18,474 bases of DNA from NCBI GenBank assembly GCA_044352465.1, contig JBILDU010000062.1, positions 1-18,474 on the forward strand, given 5' to 3'. Of the stretch, positions 7,622-15,749 are shown piece after piece. The translations under genes and the position numbers were made by a program. This DNA is from Bdellovibrionota bacterium. Lineage in GTDB: Bacteria; Bdellovibrionota_C; UBA2361. Under the pieces are notes generated by a model that did not search any database, was not told the origin of the DNA, and worked only from the letters and a program-made list of their open reading frames with translations. The stretch's first letter is position 1. Every line of letters begins with the position of its first letter.

Positions 7622-8629
7622 TCATCCCGGTTTAAATCCATTTAGCTTAACCGGTTTCTTCGCCACGAGAGGCGCGCATACCGAGTAGATACTCTTCCCG
7701 TCCGGACCGATTTGATCGACGGTGACGTTCCGCACCTTACGGATCTTTGGAAGCCCAGCTTTGAGCATTAATCCATGAACGCGGTGGGTGTAGACGAGGT
7801 TCCTCTTCGCCTTGAGCGAGCGAAGCTGGCGGCCCTTCGAGTACTGAGTAAACCGCAGGGTAGTCAGCTGCGGCTCTCGGCTGGCGAGGAGAATGAGCGG
7901 CTTTCCCTTGAGGTTGCCGTCGTTGAGGCCACCAATGCGTATCGACGCCGCACGGGTTGGCTCGGGCTCTAGCGTTCGTATTGCGCCGGCTACTTTGATC
8001 TGAGTCGCTCGCCTTGCGGGATCGACGCCGCGTAGATCAACGATCAGACGAGCCCGGTAGGTTTTGAGTTGCGGCGCGCACGTGTCTTTTTGAAGAATTG
8101 CAGTCGCCTTGATCCCATCGGCGGCGATATCTCGATCGTTGAAATTTTTGAAATTTTGGAGACGTTGGGCGAGCTCCTCGGGAGAGTACATTCGGCGCAG
8201 ATCCTCGGCGGTAATCCCGGGGAAGAGCCGCGAGAGGTAGCGCGCGTACTCCTCAAGAAGATCCCCCTCTTCAATGGCGATCGCTCTCTTCCCATCAGCG
8301 AATTGAATCGCATATGGCTTGCCGCTACCGATATTCGGAAAGACTTTTTCCATCTGCAGAGTCGCGGTACTTCCGATCGGCGCTTTGAGAGTCACCTCGG
8401 CGGGTTGAGTCAAATGGCCCGGATCCTTGTATCGCGCCGCGATAACGACCTCGAAGGTCACAAATTGAATCGCTGGATTGGTGATCGTCGCCGTGATGAG
8501 TGCCCCATTTGTCGCGTATACGGTTTGGGTATCTGCTGGGGTTCGCTGGGCGAGACTTTTGCCGGGAGTAAGGGGAGTGAGGAGAGCCAGCACCAGAGAG
8601 AACATGAGATATGCGAGCCGTGAAGGCAT
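7622..8629 (-). CDS. Secreted hypothetical protein
   Basis: ORF is open from 8701. The ATG at 8629 gives a plausible Sec signal (MPSRLAYLMFSLVLALLTPLTPGKSLA|Q). Two Cys and a very basic C-terminal third. The start choice is inferred. Confidence 0.7.
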   Translation of the reverse strand: MPSRLAYLMFSLVLALLTPLTPGKSLAQRTPADTQTVYATNGALITATITNPAIQFVTFEVVIAARYKDPGHLTQPAEVTLKAPIGSTATLQMEKVFPNIGSGKPYAIQFADGKRAIAIEEGDLLEEYARYLSRLFPGITAEDLRRMYSPEELAQRLQNFKNFNDRDIAADGIKATAILQKDTCAPQLKTYRARLIVDLRGVDPARRATQIKVAGAIRTLEPEPTRAASIRIGGLNDGNLKGKPLILLASREPQLTTLRFTQYSKGRQLRSLKAKRNLVYTHRVHGLMLKAGLPKIRKVRNVTVDQIGPDGKSIYSVCAPLVAKKPVKLNGFKPG

Positions 8630-8730
8630 AAGATTGCTTTTCGGAGCAAACAAGGTTGTCATAGACGTTATGGGTGGCTTAAGGGCATCGGTGCCGCCCA
8701 AAGGCGAAAAGAAAGTGCTGTGAATTCCAT

Positions 8731-10263
8731 ATGCTATTGTCCCGCCGCGTCAACGTGAGCTCTCTTCTCTTCCGATTCGATTGGTTAAAGCTGGCACTTA
8801 TCGCGGGCCTGGTTCTCGTGGGAGCTGGTTTTAGCACCATAACCCTACAGAATTTTTTTTTGAATCTTCCTTTCGCTTACGGCGAGGGGCCGATAGTCCG
8901 AGATGGGCTCGTTCTTTCGAGGGGCGAATTATTCTACAAGCACCTGGGAGAGGCTCCACCATTTACCCTATCGAACTACACGCCTGTTTATTATTTGCTT
9001 TTATCGTTTGTATTCCAGCTTACTGGAGTTTCGTTCATTCCTGGTCGATTGATATCTCTCTTTGCAGGACTTGGAGTGATTTTTTTTGTATACGGAATAG
9101 TGTTCCGGTGCACGAAAAATCGTTCTGCTGCAATTCTTGCGGCGCTGATGTTGTTCGCTTCGCCATTTCAATTCAATCTTTCGCTTAATCGAGTCGATGC
9201 GACCGCCGCTCTTCTCAGTATGTGGGCGGTTTCGGTTGTTTTGGGGGCTTCTTTTACGATGCGGCAGGCTGTTATCGCGGGCATCCTCGCCGGCTTAGCC
9301 GCCCTTACTCGCCAGACCGCATTTATTCTACCTTTGATCCTGTGTTTGGGATTTCACGGTTCAAGGCTTCGCTACCGGGAGTGCGCATCTTTTTTAGCGG
9401 CGCTCTTTTCCCTCGTTGGTGGAGTATCTCTCGTGCTCGAACGGGTGACGGCTAGCGCTTTTTCTTTCAACATTGTGTCCGGTAATCTCAATTCCCTGGA
9501 ATTAGATAGGCTCATACTCGCCTCGGCAAATATAGGAGAAGTCTATTTTTTCCCCCTCTTGATCCTACTTTTTATCCGCTTCAACCGCCTCGATGTGGGA
9601 GCTCATCGCCCCCTTCTCGGCTGGCTAATCATTGCTGCTACCCCGACCACCCTTGCCATTGCTAAGTCGGGATCGAATCTGAATTATCTCACTGAAATGT
9701 ATGCTTGCTTGGCGATTGTTTTTGGAATCGTGGTTGCTTCGTTGGAGAGTCAAAAGATTCGTCGCGGCGCGATTCTCTTGTCGCTTTTATGGTGTTCGTT
9801 ACCATCATTTGGCTTGGCATTAAAAATGCCTCAGAGCCTTAATTCCCTGGCGAGTGCTGAGATGCAGCGGTCGGCGCTAGTGCAGTTTATTCGAAAATGC
9901 CAGGGGCCGATACTAACGGACGACTTGATGGGGCTCGAGCTTCTTGCTGAAAAGCAGATTATCTTTCAGCCCTATGAGGTTAATCAGTTAGCTAGGAAAG
10001 GACTCTGGAACGATCGGAAACTTAGACGCTTACTGCGAACGAAACGATTTTCGGCTGCTTTGATAGCACAACCTTTTAGTCGGCGGTTTATCCGGATGGA
10101 GCGATGGTCGAAGGCGCAGTGGCGAATATTGAGAAGAGGGTATCAGAGTCGGGGGTCTTTTGGGCAAAATGAGATATATTTGCCGAAGGCTGCGCTTCAT
10201 TCCCAGGTCGCCACTTTGTCGCCGATCTTAGAGACAAGCTGTTCCGTAGCCGTCTACCTTTAA
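8731..10263 (+). CDS. GT-C fold membrane glycosyltransferase (ArnT/PMT-2, GT39/GT83-like)
   Basis: TM1 followed by YGEG, then NYTPVYY, GRLISL, RVD and ALTRQT motifs, about 11-13 hydrophobic segments and a soluble C-terminal domain. This is the standard ArnT-like layout. Confidence 0.8.
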   Translation: MLLSRRVNVSSLLFRFDWLKLALIAGLVLVGAGFSTITLQNFFLNLPFAYGEGPIVRDGLVLSRGELFYKHLGEAPPFTLSNYTPVYYLLLSFVFQLTGVSFIPGRLISLFAGLGVIFFVYGIVFRCTKNRSAAILAALMLFASPFQFNLSLNRVDATAALLSMWAVSVVLGASFTMRQAVIAGILAGLAALTRQTAFILPLILCLGFHGSRLRYRECASFLAALFSLVGGVSLVLERVTASAFSFNIVSGNLNSLELDRLILASANIGEVYFFPLLILLFIRFNRLDVGAHRPLLGWLIIAATPTTLAIAKSGSNLNYLTEMYACLAIVFGIVVASLESQKIRRGAILLSLLWCSLPSFGLALKMPQSLNSLASAEMQRSALVQFIRKCQGPILTDDLMGLELLAEKQIIFQPYEVNQLARKGLWNDRKLRRLLRTKRFSAALIAQPFSRRFIRMERWSKAQWRILRRGYQSRGSFGQNEIYLPKAALHSQVATLSPILETSCSVAVYL

Positions 10264-10535
10264 CCGTCCTTGTAGACCATCTCGACATCCGATCTGATGG
10301 GTTTAGGAGCGAAGTATTGTTTTCGAAGCCTCTGGGTGAGGGGATCAATGTCTCTCACCACGTTTGAATAGAGACGCTAGAGCACTGCGACGAGATAGGT
10401 CGAGAGATCTATCCCCTGGTGCTCAGCCCCCCATCCAGCACGGCAGAGCTGTGGTTCGGAGTAAGTCGATCTCGCCGGTTGCATTTCTGTGGGCTATGCT
10501 CCTGAAGGCTCTCCGCCCGATGCGAATCACGCGGT
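10260..10535 (-). pseudogene. IS66-family transposase (TnpC) C-terminal remnant with a probable degenerate right end
   Basis: Manual translation 10424->10260 gives EHQGIDLSTYLVAVL*RLYSNVVRDIDPLTQRLRKQYFAPKPIRSDV..., matching the TnpC tail pattern (HGIDPYxYLxDVLQR...LTPRLWKQHFAxxPLRSD) with an in-frame TAG at 10379-10377. A different frame upstream has RVIRIGRR, similar to R.I.MGR. TTAACCGTCC at 10260-10269 resembles an IS66 GTAA(C/G)CGTCC terminus. Confidence 0.65.
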
Positions 10536-10938
10536 GCGCCGCCGTAGGACGATAAGCGGTTCAAGTGAAGGGATTGACGGAGCACTTTTGAAGTTCTTGC
10601 TTGTCCATGTCAATATCGGGTGCTCTGAGGGGGCTGTCTCGATAAACAATTTCGATAGTATCACCAAGCGGGAAGTCGATGCCTAAGTGCCGCGGGCATC
10701 TCCTCGGTCAGCCGCTCCGCGACGGACCCCTTCATCAGCCAATCAGCATGAATCGCCTGGATATCGGTCTCAAGGAACATGGCCGGCTGAGCACCACTTT
10801 TTCAATAACGGCAGCATCTGGTGTGCGAGGAGGCGAGCCCGAAGGTTTAGGGAATTGGGTAGATGGGGGTGTGGAGGGGGGACGGCTGCGCTGTTCCGTT
10901 TATTAGCAAGGTCTTTTGTATCACTAGCCTCGGGGGGG

Positions 10939-12024
10939 CTATTTTTGCGTAGCTCCGGAGTTCGGAGGAGGAGGGGAGTGCAGAAGGAGGATAACGAAGA
11001 GAGCCCCGACAGCAGTGAAAAACAGAGGTTCGTCGAACATCGACCAAATCAGAAAAATCGCTGAAATTTCCCCCCTGCCCTTTGAGCTCCCGAAAACCCA
11101 GATCCTCCAAGCAAACCAAAAGCTGAGTATCAGACCGATTGGCCCATTGAAAGCCAGGGCTGAAAGTGCCGTATTATGAAAATGGCTATAGACTTCCCCG
11201 TAAAGCGCTCGAACGCATGACGGCGAACCAAACCAAGGGTGATCTAACCAGCACTTAAACCCGTCGAGCCAGACGTCACTTCGCTCATGAGTTAGTACGC
11301 TATATAGTCCGACTTTCTCGATCATGACTGAGTTCGTCAGTGAAGTCTCCAAAAGGTAAAGCCAAGCCGAGTTGGCAAGGCGTATGCCGATAGTTACCAT
11401 CGATGCGCGGGCCACGACTGCTGCGACGAGAGCTGCAACAGCGAATGATACATTTAGGAATGAATAGCCAAGAATTATACTGAGACATGTCAGCATAGCA
11501 CTTTGGGAGGGTGGTGAGACTGATCTGATTAAAAAAAGGATCCCGAGAAGAGCCAAGAAAAGGGTAATATTGGCATTGCCATAGGCGAGTTGAGTTGGTC
11601 CAACAATTATAGCCGCAACAAGAACAGCCCCTGTTGATGATGCTGGGCTTATCATTCCTGAGCAAGTTGCGAGAGCTGAGATAGTGAGGAGCCCCACCGT
11701 GCGATAATCCACCTGGGGATGTCCCTCGAGCGAGTATGCGATCACAGTCAGAATAAGTGTCGCCCCTGAATATATGACCAAGTCTTGAATGAATCGATGA
11801 TCTAGCTCTGATGATATCGTCGACTGGCGATGGAGTCCGCGAGATAGAGCCACGAACAGGATCGCGCCTGTAAGCATCAAAGTCGCCATACCTAGACGTT
11901 CGGGACTTCCGAATCCCCGAATCCACATCATGCAATCGAAAATTACCAACGAACTAAGAAGGAGCGTGAACCCTAGAGACGGAAGATCGAGATTAGGTAC
12001 GGACTGTTTATCGACGTGGTTCAT
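10939..12024 (-). CDS. O-antigen ligase / Wzy_C family membrane protein
   Basis: Polytopic. Late periplasmic loop ERSDVW..G...WLDHPWFG followed by HFHNTALSALAFNGPIGL, the R..W / P.FG / HxHN...GxxG signature of WaaL-like proteins. Confidence 0.8.
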   Translation of the reverse strand: MNHVDKQSVPNLDLPSLGFTLLLSSLVIFDCMMWIRGFGSPERLGMATLMLTGAILFVALSRGLHRQSTISSELDHRFIQDLVIYSGATLILTVIAYSLEGHPQVDYRTVGLLTISALATCSGMISPASSTGAVLVAAIIVGPTQLAYGNANITLFLALLGILFLIRSVSPPSQSAMLTCLSIILGYSFLNVSFAVAALVAAVVARASMVTIGIRLANSAWLYLLETSLTNSVMIEKVGLYSVLTHERSDVWLDGFKCWLDHPWFGSPSCVRALYGEVYSHFHNTALSALAFNGPIGLILSFWFAWRIWVFGSSKGRGEISAIFLIWSMFDEPLFFTAVGALFVILLLHSPPPPNSGATQK

Positions 12025-12256
12025 GCATTGGTTGTTCAGTACGGCCCTTGTTTCGTCAACTAGGATATCGGCTTTTTTGCTAAGGGAGTGTCCGTTCGTC
12101 CCCAGCTCCTCTTATAACTCGACTACCGATAAAAAAATCTGTCACGTGTATTTGAATCTTTTACCGGTGTCTTATGTCGTTAAGCTCACTCCGATCGGGA
12201 GGCTTCCGAGACAATCCTCCCTAATCGCTGAGTGCCAGAGGTCAAAGCTGGGGGTT

Positions 12257-12306
12257 TGTCGCGTTCCACGTAATTGGCCCCTGGCTACTCCCACGGAACT
12301 GGAGCC
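12257..12306. mobile_element. Probable IS21-family right terminal inverted repeat with an internal repeat
   Basis: Starts TGTCGCGTT, about 77 bp beyond the istB stop, and contains CCACGTAATTGG (12266-12277) and CCACGGAACTGG (12291-12302) at 25-bp spacing. A TG terminus with multiple subterminal repeats is typical of IS21. Confidence 0.55.
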
Positions 12307-12333
12307 GTTCGCACTATACACGATGAGTAGCCA

Positions 12334-12774
12334 CTAATCACGTTCGTTAGTTTTTATGGTTCTGATGTCATCAGGGAGAGCGATTTTCTCTGCGAGTCGA
12401 TAGCTTTTAGCGGTGAAAGTTACGACGTTTGTGCGATCGAAGAGCCTGTCTATTGCAGCCCCGGCGAGCACTGGATCGGGAAACGCTGAGCCCCACTCAT
12501 AGACTTCCCTATTTGACGTTAGAATGAGCGCAGATGAGAAGTGGCGCCTATCGAGCAGGTCGAAGACTTCTTCGGCGATTTCGGACCTCATAGAGACGAC
12601 TCTCCAGTCGTCGGGGATCCAGAGTTTGGCGGACAGCATCCGCTTGAAGAGGCTGTCGAGGTTATTTCTGGCGCGGGCTAACGCGAACTGCGCCGAGAGC
12701 CCTGTTACGCTGGAGCAAAAGACTCGGTAGCCACGGTGAACGGCATGTAGCCCGATGCTTTCAAAGAGGGGCGC
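12334..12774 (-). pseudogene. istB: IS21-family helper ATPase IstB, N-terminally truncated and decayed
   Basis: Frame is open from 12774 without a start at its 5' end (APLFESIGLHAVHRGYRVF...). Walker B-like LWIPDDW, ILTSNR..EW...F.DPVLAGAAIDRL and KSYRL are present. At the Walker A position the frame reads GWG* (TAG 12777-12775). No istA is seen. Confidence 0.85.
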
Positions 12775-12780
12775 CTATCC

Positions 12781-13210
12781 CCAACCTTAAGTAGCCTTGC
12801 TTTTTTTGCTGCCAGTCTTTGGTGGTTCGGCGTGCCGGATCTGATCGGTGATGTTGCCCTGGCTTATCCTGTGATACCGGATCGCTTGGTGGTAATCCTT
12901 CAAGTGATGACGCAGCTCGTGTTACTTATGGTTCTTTCGAGGTGTGATTTTGTAAGGTCCGACCGATCCTTACCCTTGGCAGCGTAGTACTCAGAGCGGT
13001 CTAGCCAACGTCGGTCCGAATATCGCTCCCTCTTGAGAGGAGAGTTTCCTGCTGACGCGATCAATGTGAGTGGCTCTGGGGTTTATGTCGCTCGTGCTTC
13101 AATGTATAGTCTTGGTGTCTTTTGGGATGCTCATGGAGCTAACGCCGTTGGTCGAATGGGGGCCGGGACGCTTTTGGGTCTTTTCGACTCAATTGACCGG
13201 AGAAGACTGA
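12781..13210 (+). pseudogene. Possible decayed membrane-protein gene fragment
   Basis: Hydrophobic start-less pieces in two frames: PTLSSLAFFAASLWWFGVPD...LVVILQVMTQLVLLMVLS...* (12781-12987) and VALGFMSLVLQCIVLVSFGMLMELTPLVEWGPGRFWVFS. It begins where the istB similarity ends. Confidence 0.3.
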
Positions 13211-13266
13211 GACGCAGAGTAGCTTGCATCTGCAGCCACTTGCTGCCGATTAAGATGGGGAGAACT

Positions 13267-13339
13267 TTCCGGCGGATAAAACGTCCGCCGGGATTTGTGA
13301 GCTGTCGGTATCCTTTTACGTTCTGGTACCGACCAGCTC
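13267..13339. other. Two adjacent hairpins upstream of the 13444 gene
   Basis: TTCCGGCGGA 13267-13276 / TCCGCCGGGA 13284-13293; GAGCTGTCGGTA 13299-13310 / TACCGACCAGCTC 13327-13339 (one bulge). Confidence 0.35.
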
Positions 13340-13443
13340 CTGTGTGACTCTTCGTACGAAGCTGTCGATTTTTGAATATGCATTAAGATGGTAAAAACCT
13401 CGAGGCTCCGTCGAGAATTCCGTGTGCATTGGGACCTGTAGAG

Positions 13444-15063
13444 ATGAAGACTTTATTTGCCTTTGTCGCAATAGTTGCTGCAGTACTCGCGCTCTATGTG
13501 GCGATTTTAAATCCTCTCTATGGTGATGAGATATACTACCGCAGCCTCCTTGGGACGAGCGTTAGAAATGATTTTCATCGAATTACGATTTACCCTACGT
13601 GTAGTTCGTCCTTCATGTCGAAGCTTCCGGTTTCGTGGTATGCTTCGGCACTTCTCCTCGAGCAGCTATTCAATCTGTTGACGTCTCCTCTTAGTTTGAG
13701 AGTTTTTAGTGCGATCGTTGGATCCCTCAACTGTTTGTTGCTCGGGATCGTCGTCTCGAGCCGGTTTCCGCGTCTGGATCGAATGAGCGCTTATACGGCT
13801 GGAATGCTCTTTATGGGCATCTTTCCTTTTTATCTCGTTTTGGCGAGACCAGAGGGCCTCGTGCTGCTCGGGGTTCTTTCAGCGCTCGCCTTCAGTAGAG
13901 TGAAACCATCTTCTAACTACCGAGGAGCTCTCTTACAGCAACTGGTTATACTGTTGGTCTTCCTCCTGACATTGCCCATTCACCCTGTTGCTTTGTTCTT
14001 CATCCCGGTCTTTGGTTATGCGCTCTTCAGCCGAAGCTATTGCTGGAGGCTTCGTTTGTTTGGGGGGGGGGTCTTAGGTGCGCTGGTATTCGAGGGGGGA
14101 ATGATGCATGCCCAGCTTGTCTCTTGTCCAGAGAGCTCAGTCGTCTCTGAGTTTTGGGGTCATCATCAGGGAGTGGGTTCCGATTTAGTTGTAGCGCCTT
14201 TCGACTTCGTGGAGGCTCGATTGCGAAATCTTTTTGGGAGCCTCCGAAGTCTTGAATTTCTGATTCCCTCCACCGACGAAAGTAACTTCGGAATAACGCC
14301 TCGAGCGGATAGCAACAGTGAGTCGGTAGTAGTAGCTATACTCAGTAGTATAGGACTCTCTGTGATAGTGGGGGCCCTCGCCATGATTCTCATGGGTTTA
14401 AGACGAATTTACTTTTCAGCGAGGGTATGGTGCCGCGCAATTCTGCCATGTGGCCTGTATCTTGCCCTTCTTGTGTCGGTTCTCGGTGGGCTCAGCATAC
14501 AACCAGCGCAAATGCCTTACCGTCTATCATTGTGGGTGCCACTTCTTGTCCTCCTCGCCGCGGTGAGTTATCAAAGTGAGCCGTTAAGCCTTCCATCGTC
14601 GTGGGAGGGCAAGAAGCCGCTCTTTTTCTTGGTAGCTCTTTTAGCCTCGGTTTTTAGCTTCTGTTACGTCTACCTTCCGATAGTTCAGGCTAATTTACTC
14701 AATCTTCGAACTGAATATCGCTCTTTCTCCTCGGGGATACTTTCTCCCACACAGATTCAGGAGGATGTAGCGAAACTCTCAGAGTTTTGCCCAGCTGAGG
14801 GGATCAGTCCCAATCTTCAGACGGCGGTGGATCGAGCTACCTATTGGTATTTCCTTGACGCTAGAGTACATCTTTTTTGGGTCTATCTCATTGAGGTACA
14901 TGGCGCGGATCGAAAATCCCTAGTCGCGATGTCGGAAGAGGGGCTCGACCAGATCGTGGTGCAGTGCTCGAGTGTGCCGGCGACTCTCCTCGAAGAGAGG
15001 TGGCTTCGATCCGGACCGATCTGCTGCTTACCGAAAAGCACCTTAAAAAAAATGAAAGAATGA
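13444..15063 (+). CDS. Polytopic membrane protein, probable GT-C fold glycosyltransferase
   Basis: ATG at 13444 is preferred over TTG at 13429. TM1 is followed by an acidic YGDEIYY motif, then LRVFS, ARPEG and HP motifs, about 12 TM segments, several loop Cys and a C-terminal ICCLP. Confidence 0.7.
   Translation: MKTLFAFVAIVAAVLALYVAILNPLYGDEIYYRSLLGTSVRNDFHRITIYPTCSSSFMSKLPVSWYASALLLEQLFNLLTSPLSLRVFSAIVGSLNCLLLGIVVSSRFPRLDRMSAYTAGMLFMGIFPFYLVLARPEGLVLLGVLSALAFSRVKPSSNYRGALLQQLVILLVFLLTLPIHPVALFFIPVFGYALFSRSYCWRLRLFGGGVLGALVFEGGMMHAQLVSCPESSVVSEFWGHHQGVGSDLVVAPFDFVEARLRNLFGSLRSLEFLIPSTDESNFGITPRADSNSESVVVAILSSIGLSVIVGALAMILMGLRRIYFSARVWCRAILPCGLYLALLVSVLGGLSIQPAQMPYRLSLWVPLLVLLAAVSYQSEPLSLPSSWEGKKPLFFLVALLASVFSFCYVYLPIVQANLLNLRTEYRSFSSGILSPTQIQEDVAKLSEFCPAEGISPNLQTAVDRATYWYFLDARVHLFWVYLIEVHGADRKSLVAMSEEGLDQIVVQCSSVPATLLEERWLRSGPICCLPKSTLKKMKE
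14062..14071 (+). repeat. G10 homopolymer tract within the GT-C-like CDS
   Basis: ttt-ggg-ggg-ggg-gtc (F-G-G-G-V); the longest homopolymer I saw in the window. Confidence 0.9.
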
Positions 15064-15064
15064 A

Positions 15065-15685
15065 ATGTCTTTGAAATCATACCTTCTATCAAAGCCTTTC
15101 TGTTACGACCTTTTCCAAGAGGTGGTGGGGGCACGAGCTGCTCGAGAACGTTTTTTCGGTCAATACCTCTCGCCAAACCTTCAGCCTAATTCGCGAGTCC
15201 TCGATATAGGGTGTGGGACGGGGCTACTACTGAATGTCCTTCCGTCTGGGATTCGCTACGTTGGGATTGATCACAGTTCGGAGTATCTCCGGGTGGCAAG
15301 TGAGAAATGGGAAGGTCGTGGCTCCTTTATTCGGGGAGATCTAGCGGATAGTCTTGAGAGTTCTGTAAAGGGGCGTTTTGATCTGGTGATTGCGGCAGGT
15401 GTTTTCCATCACCTCCCCGACGATGTCCTTAGTCGGCTCTGTTTGTCCATCGCCTCAGTGCTTGAGCCGCAGGGGCGGCTTGTGAGCTTTGATCCCTGTT
15501 TTCACATTGCTCAGCCGCGTCTTGCGCGTTTATTGGTTTCGGCGGATCGGGGTCAGTATGTTCGCGAGGACCGGGAGCTCGAGACTTTACTGAGTCGAGC
15601 TTTTGCGAGGGTTCAGCGGGAGACGGTGGATGATTTCTTGCGCATCCCCTATTCTCATTGCTTCATGACTTGTAGTTCGGTCTGA
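15065..15685 (+). CDS. Class I SAM-dependent methyltransferase
   Basis: VLDIGCGTG, YVGIDHS, GDL, FDLVIAAGVFHHLPD and LEPQGRLV. It starts 1 nt after the stop of the membrane protein gene. Confidence 0.9.
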   Translation: MSLKSYLLSKPFCYDLFQEVVGARAARERFFGQYLSPNLQPNSRVLDIGCGTGLLLNVLPSGIRYVGIDHSSEYLRVASEKWEGRGSFIRGDLADSLESSVKGRFDLVIAAGVFHHLPDDVLSRLCLSIASVLEPQGRLVSFDPCFHIAQPRLARLLVSADRGQYVREDRELETLLSRAFARVQRETVDDFLRIPYSHCFMTCSSV

Positions 15686-15749
15686 TGAATCAGGATATCT
15701 CAGTCAATTGCTATTACAGCTGGAGGGGATGCTCAGGTGGAATCCGCCG

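Noticed and set aside
10661..10780. Minus-strand peptide MFLETDIQAIHADWLMK..., faintly like a group II intron reverse-transcriptase motif
   Set aside because: Too short, lacks the FFD and YADD motifs, and has no supporting intron structure; only a translated search could rescue it.
13033..13347. 104-aa + strand ORF, and similar short ORFs at 10364-11119 and 11930-12337
   Set aside because: No recognisable motifs or convincing RBS, and most have non-ATG starts; they lie in decayed IS or pseudogene sequence.
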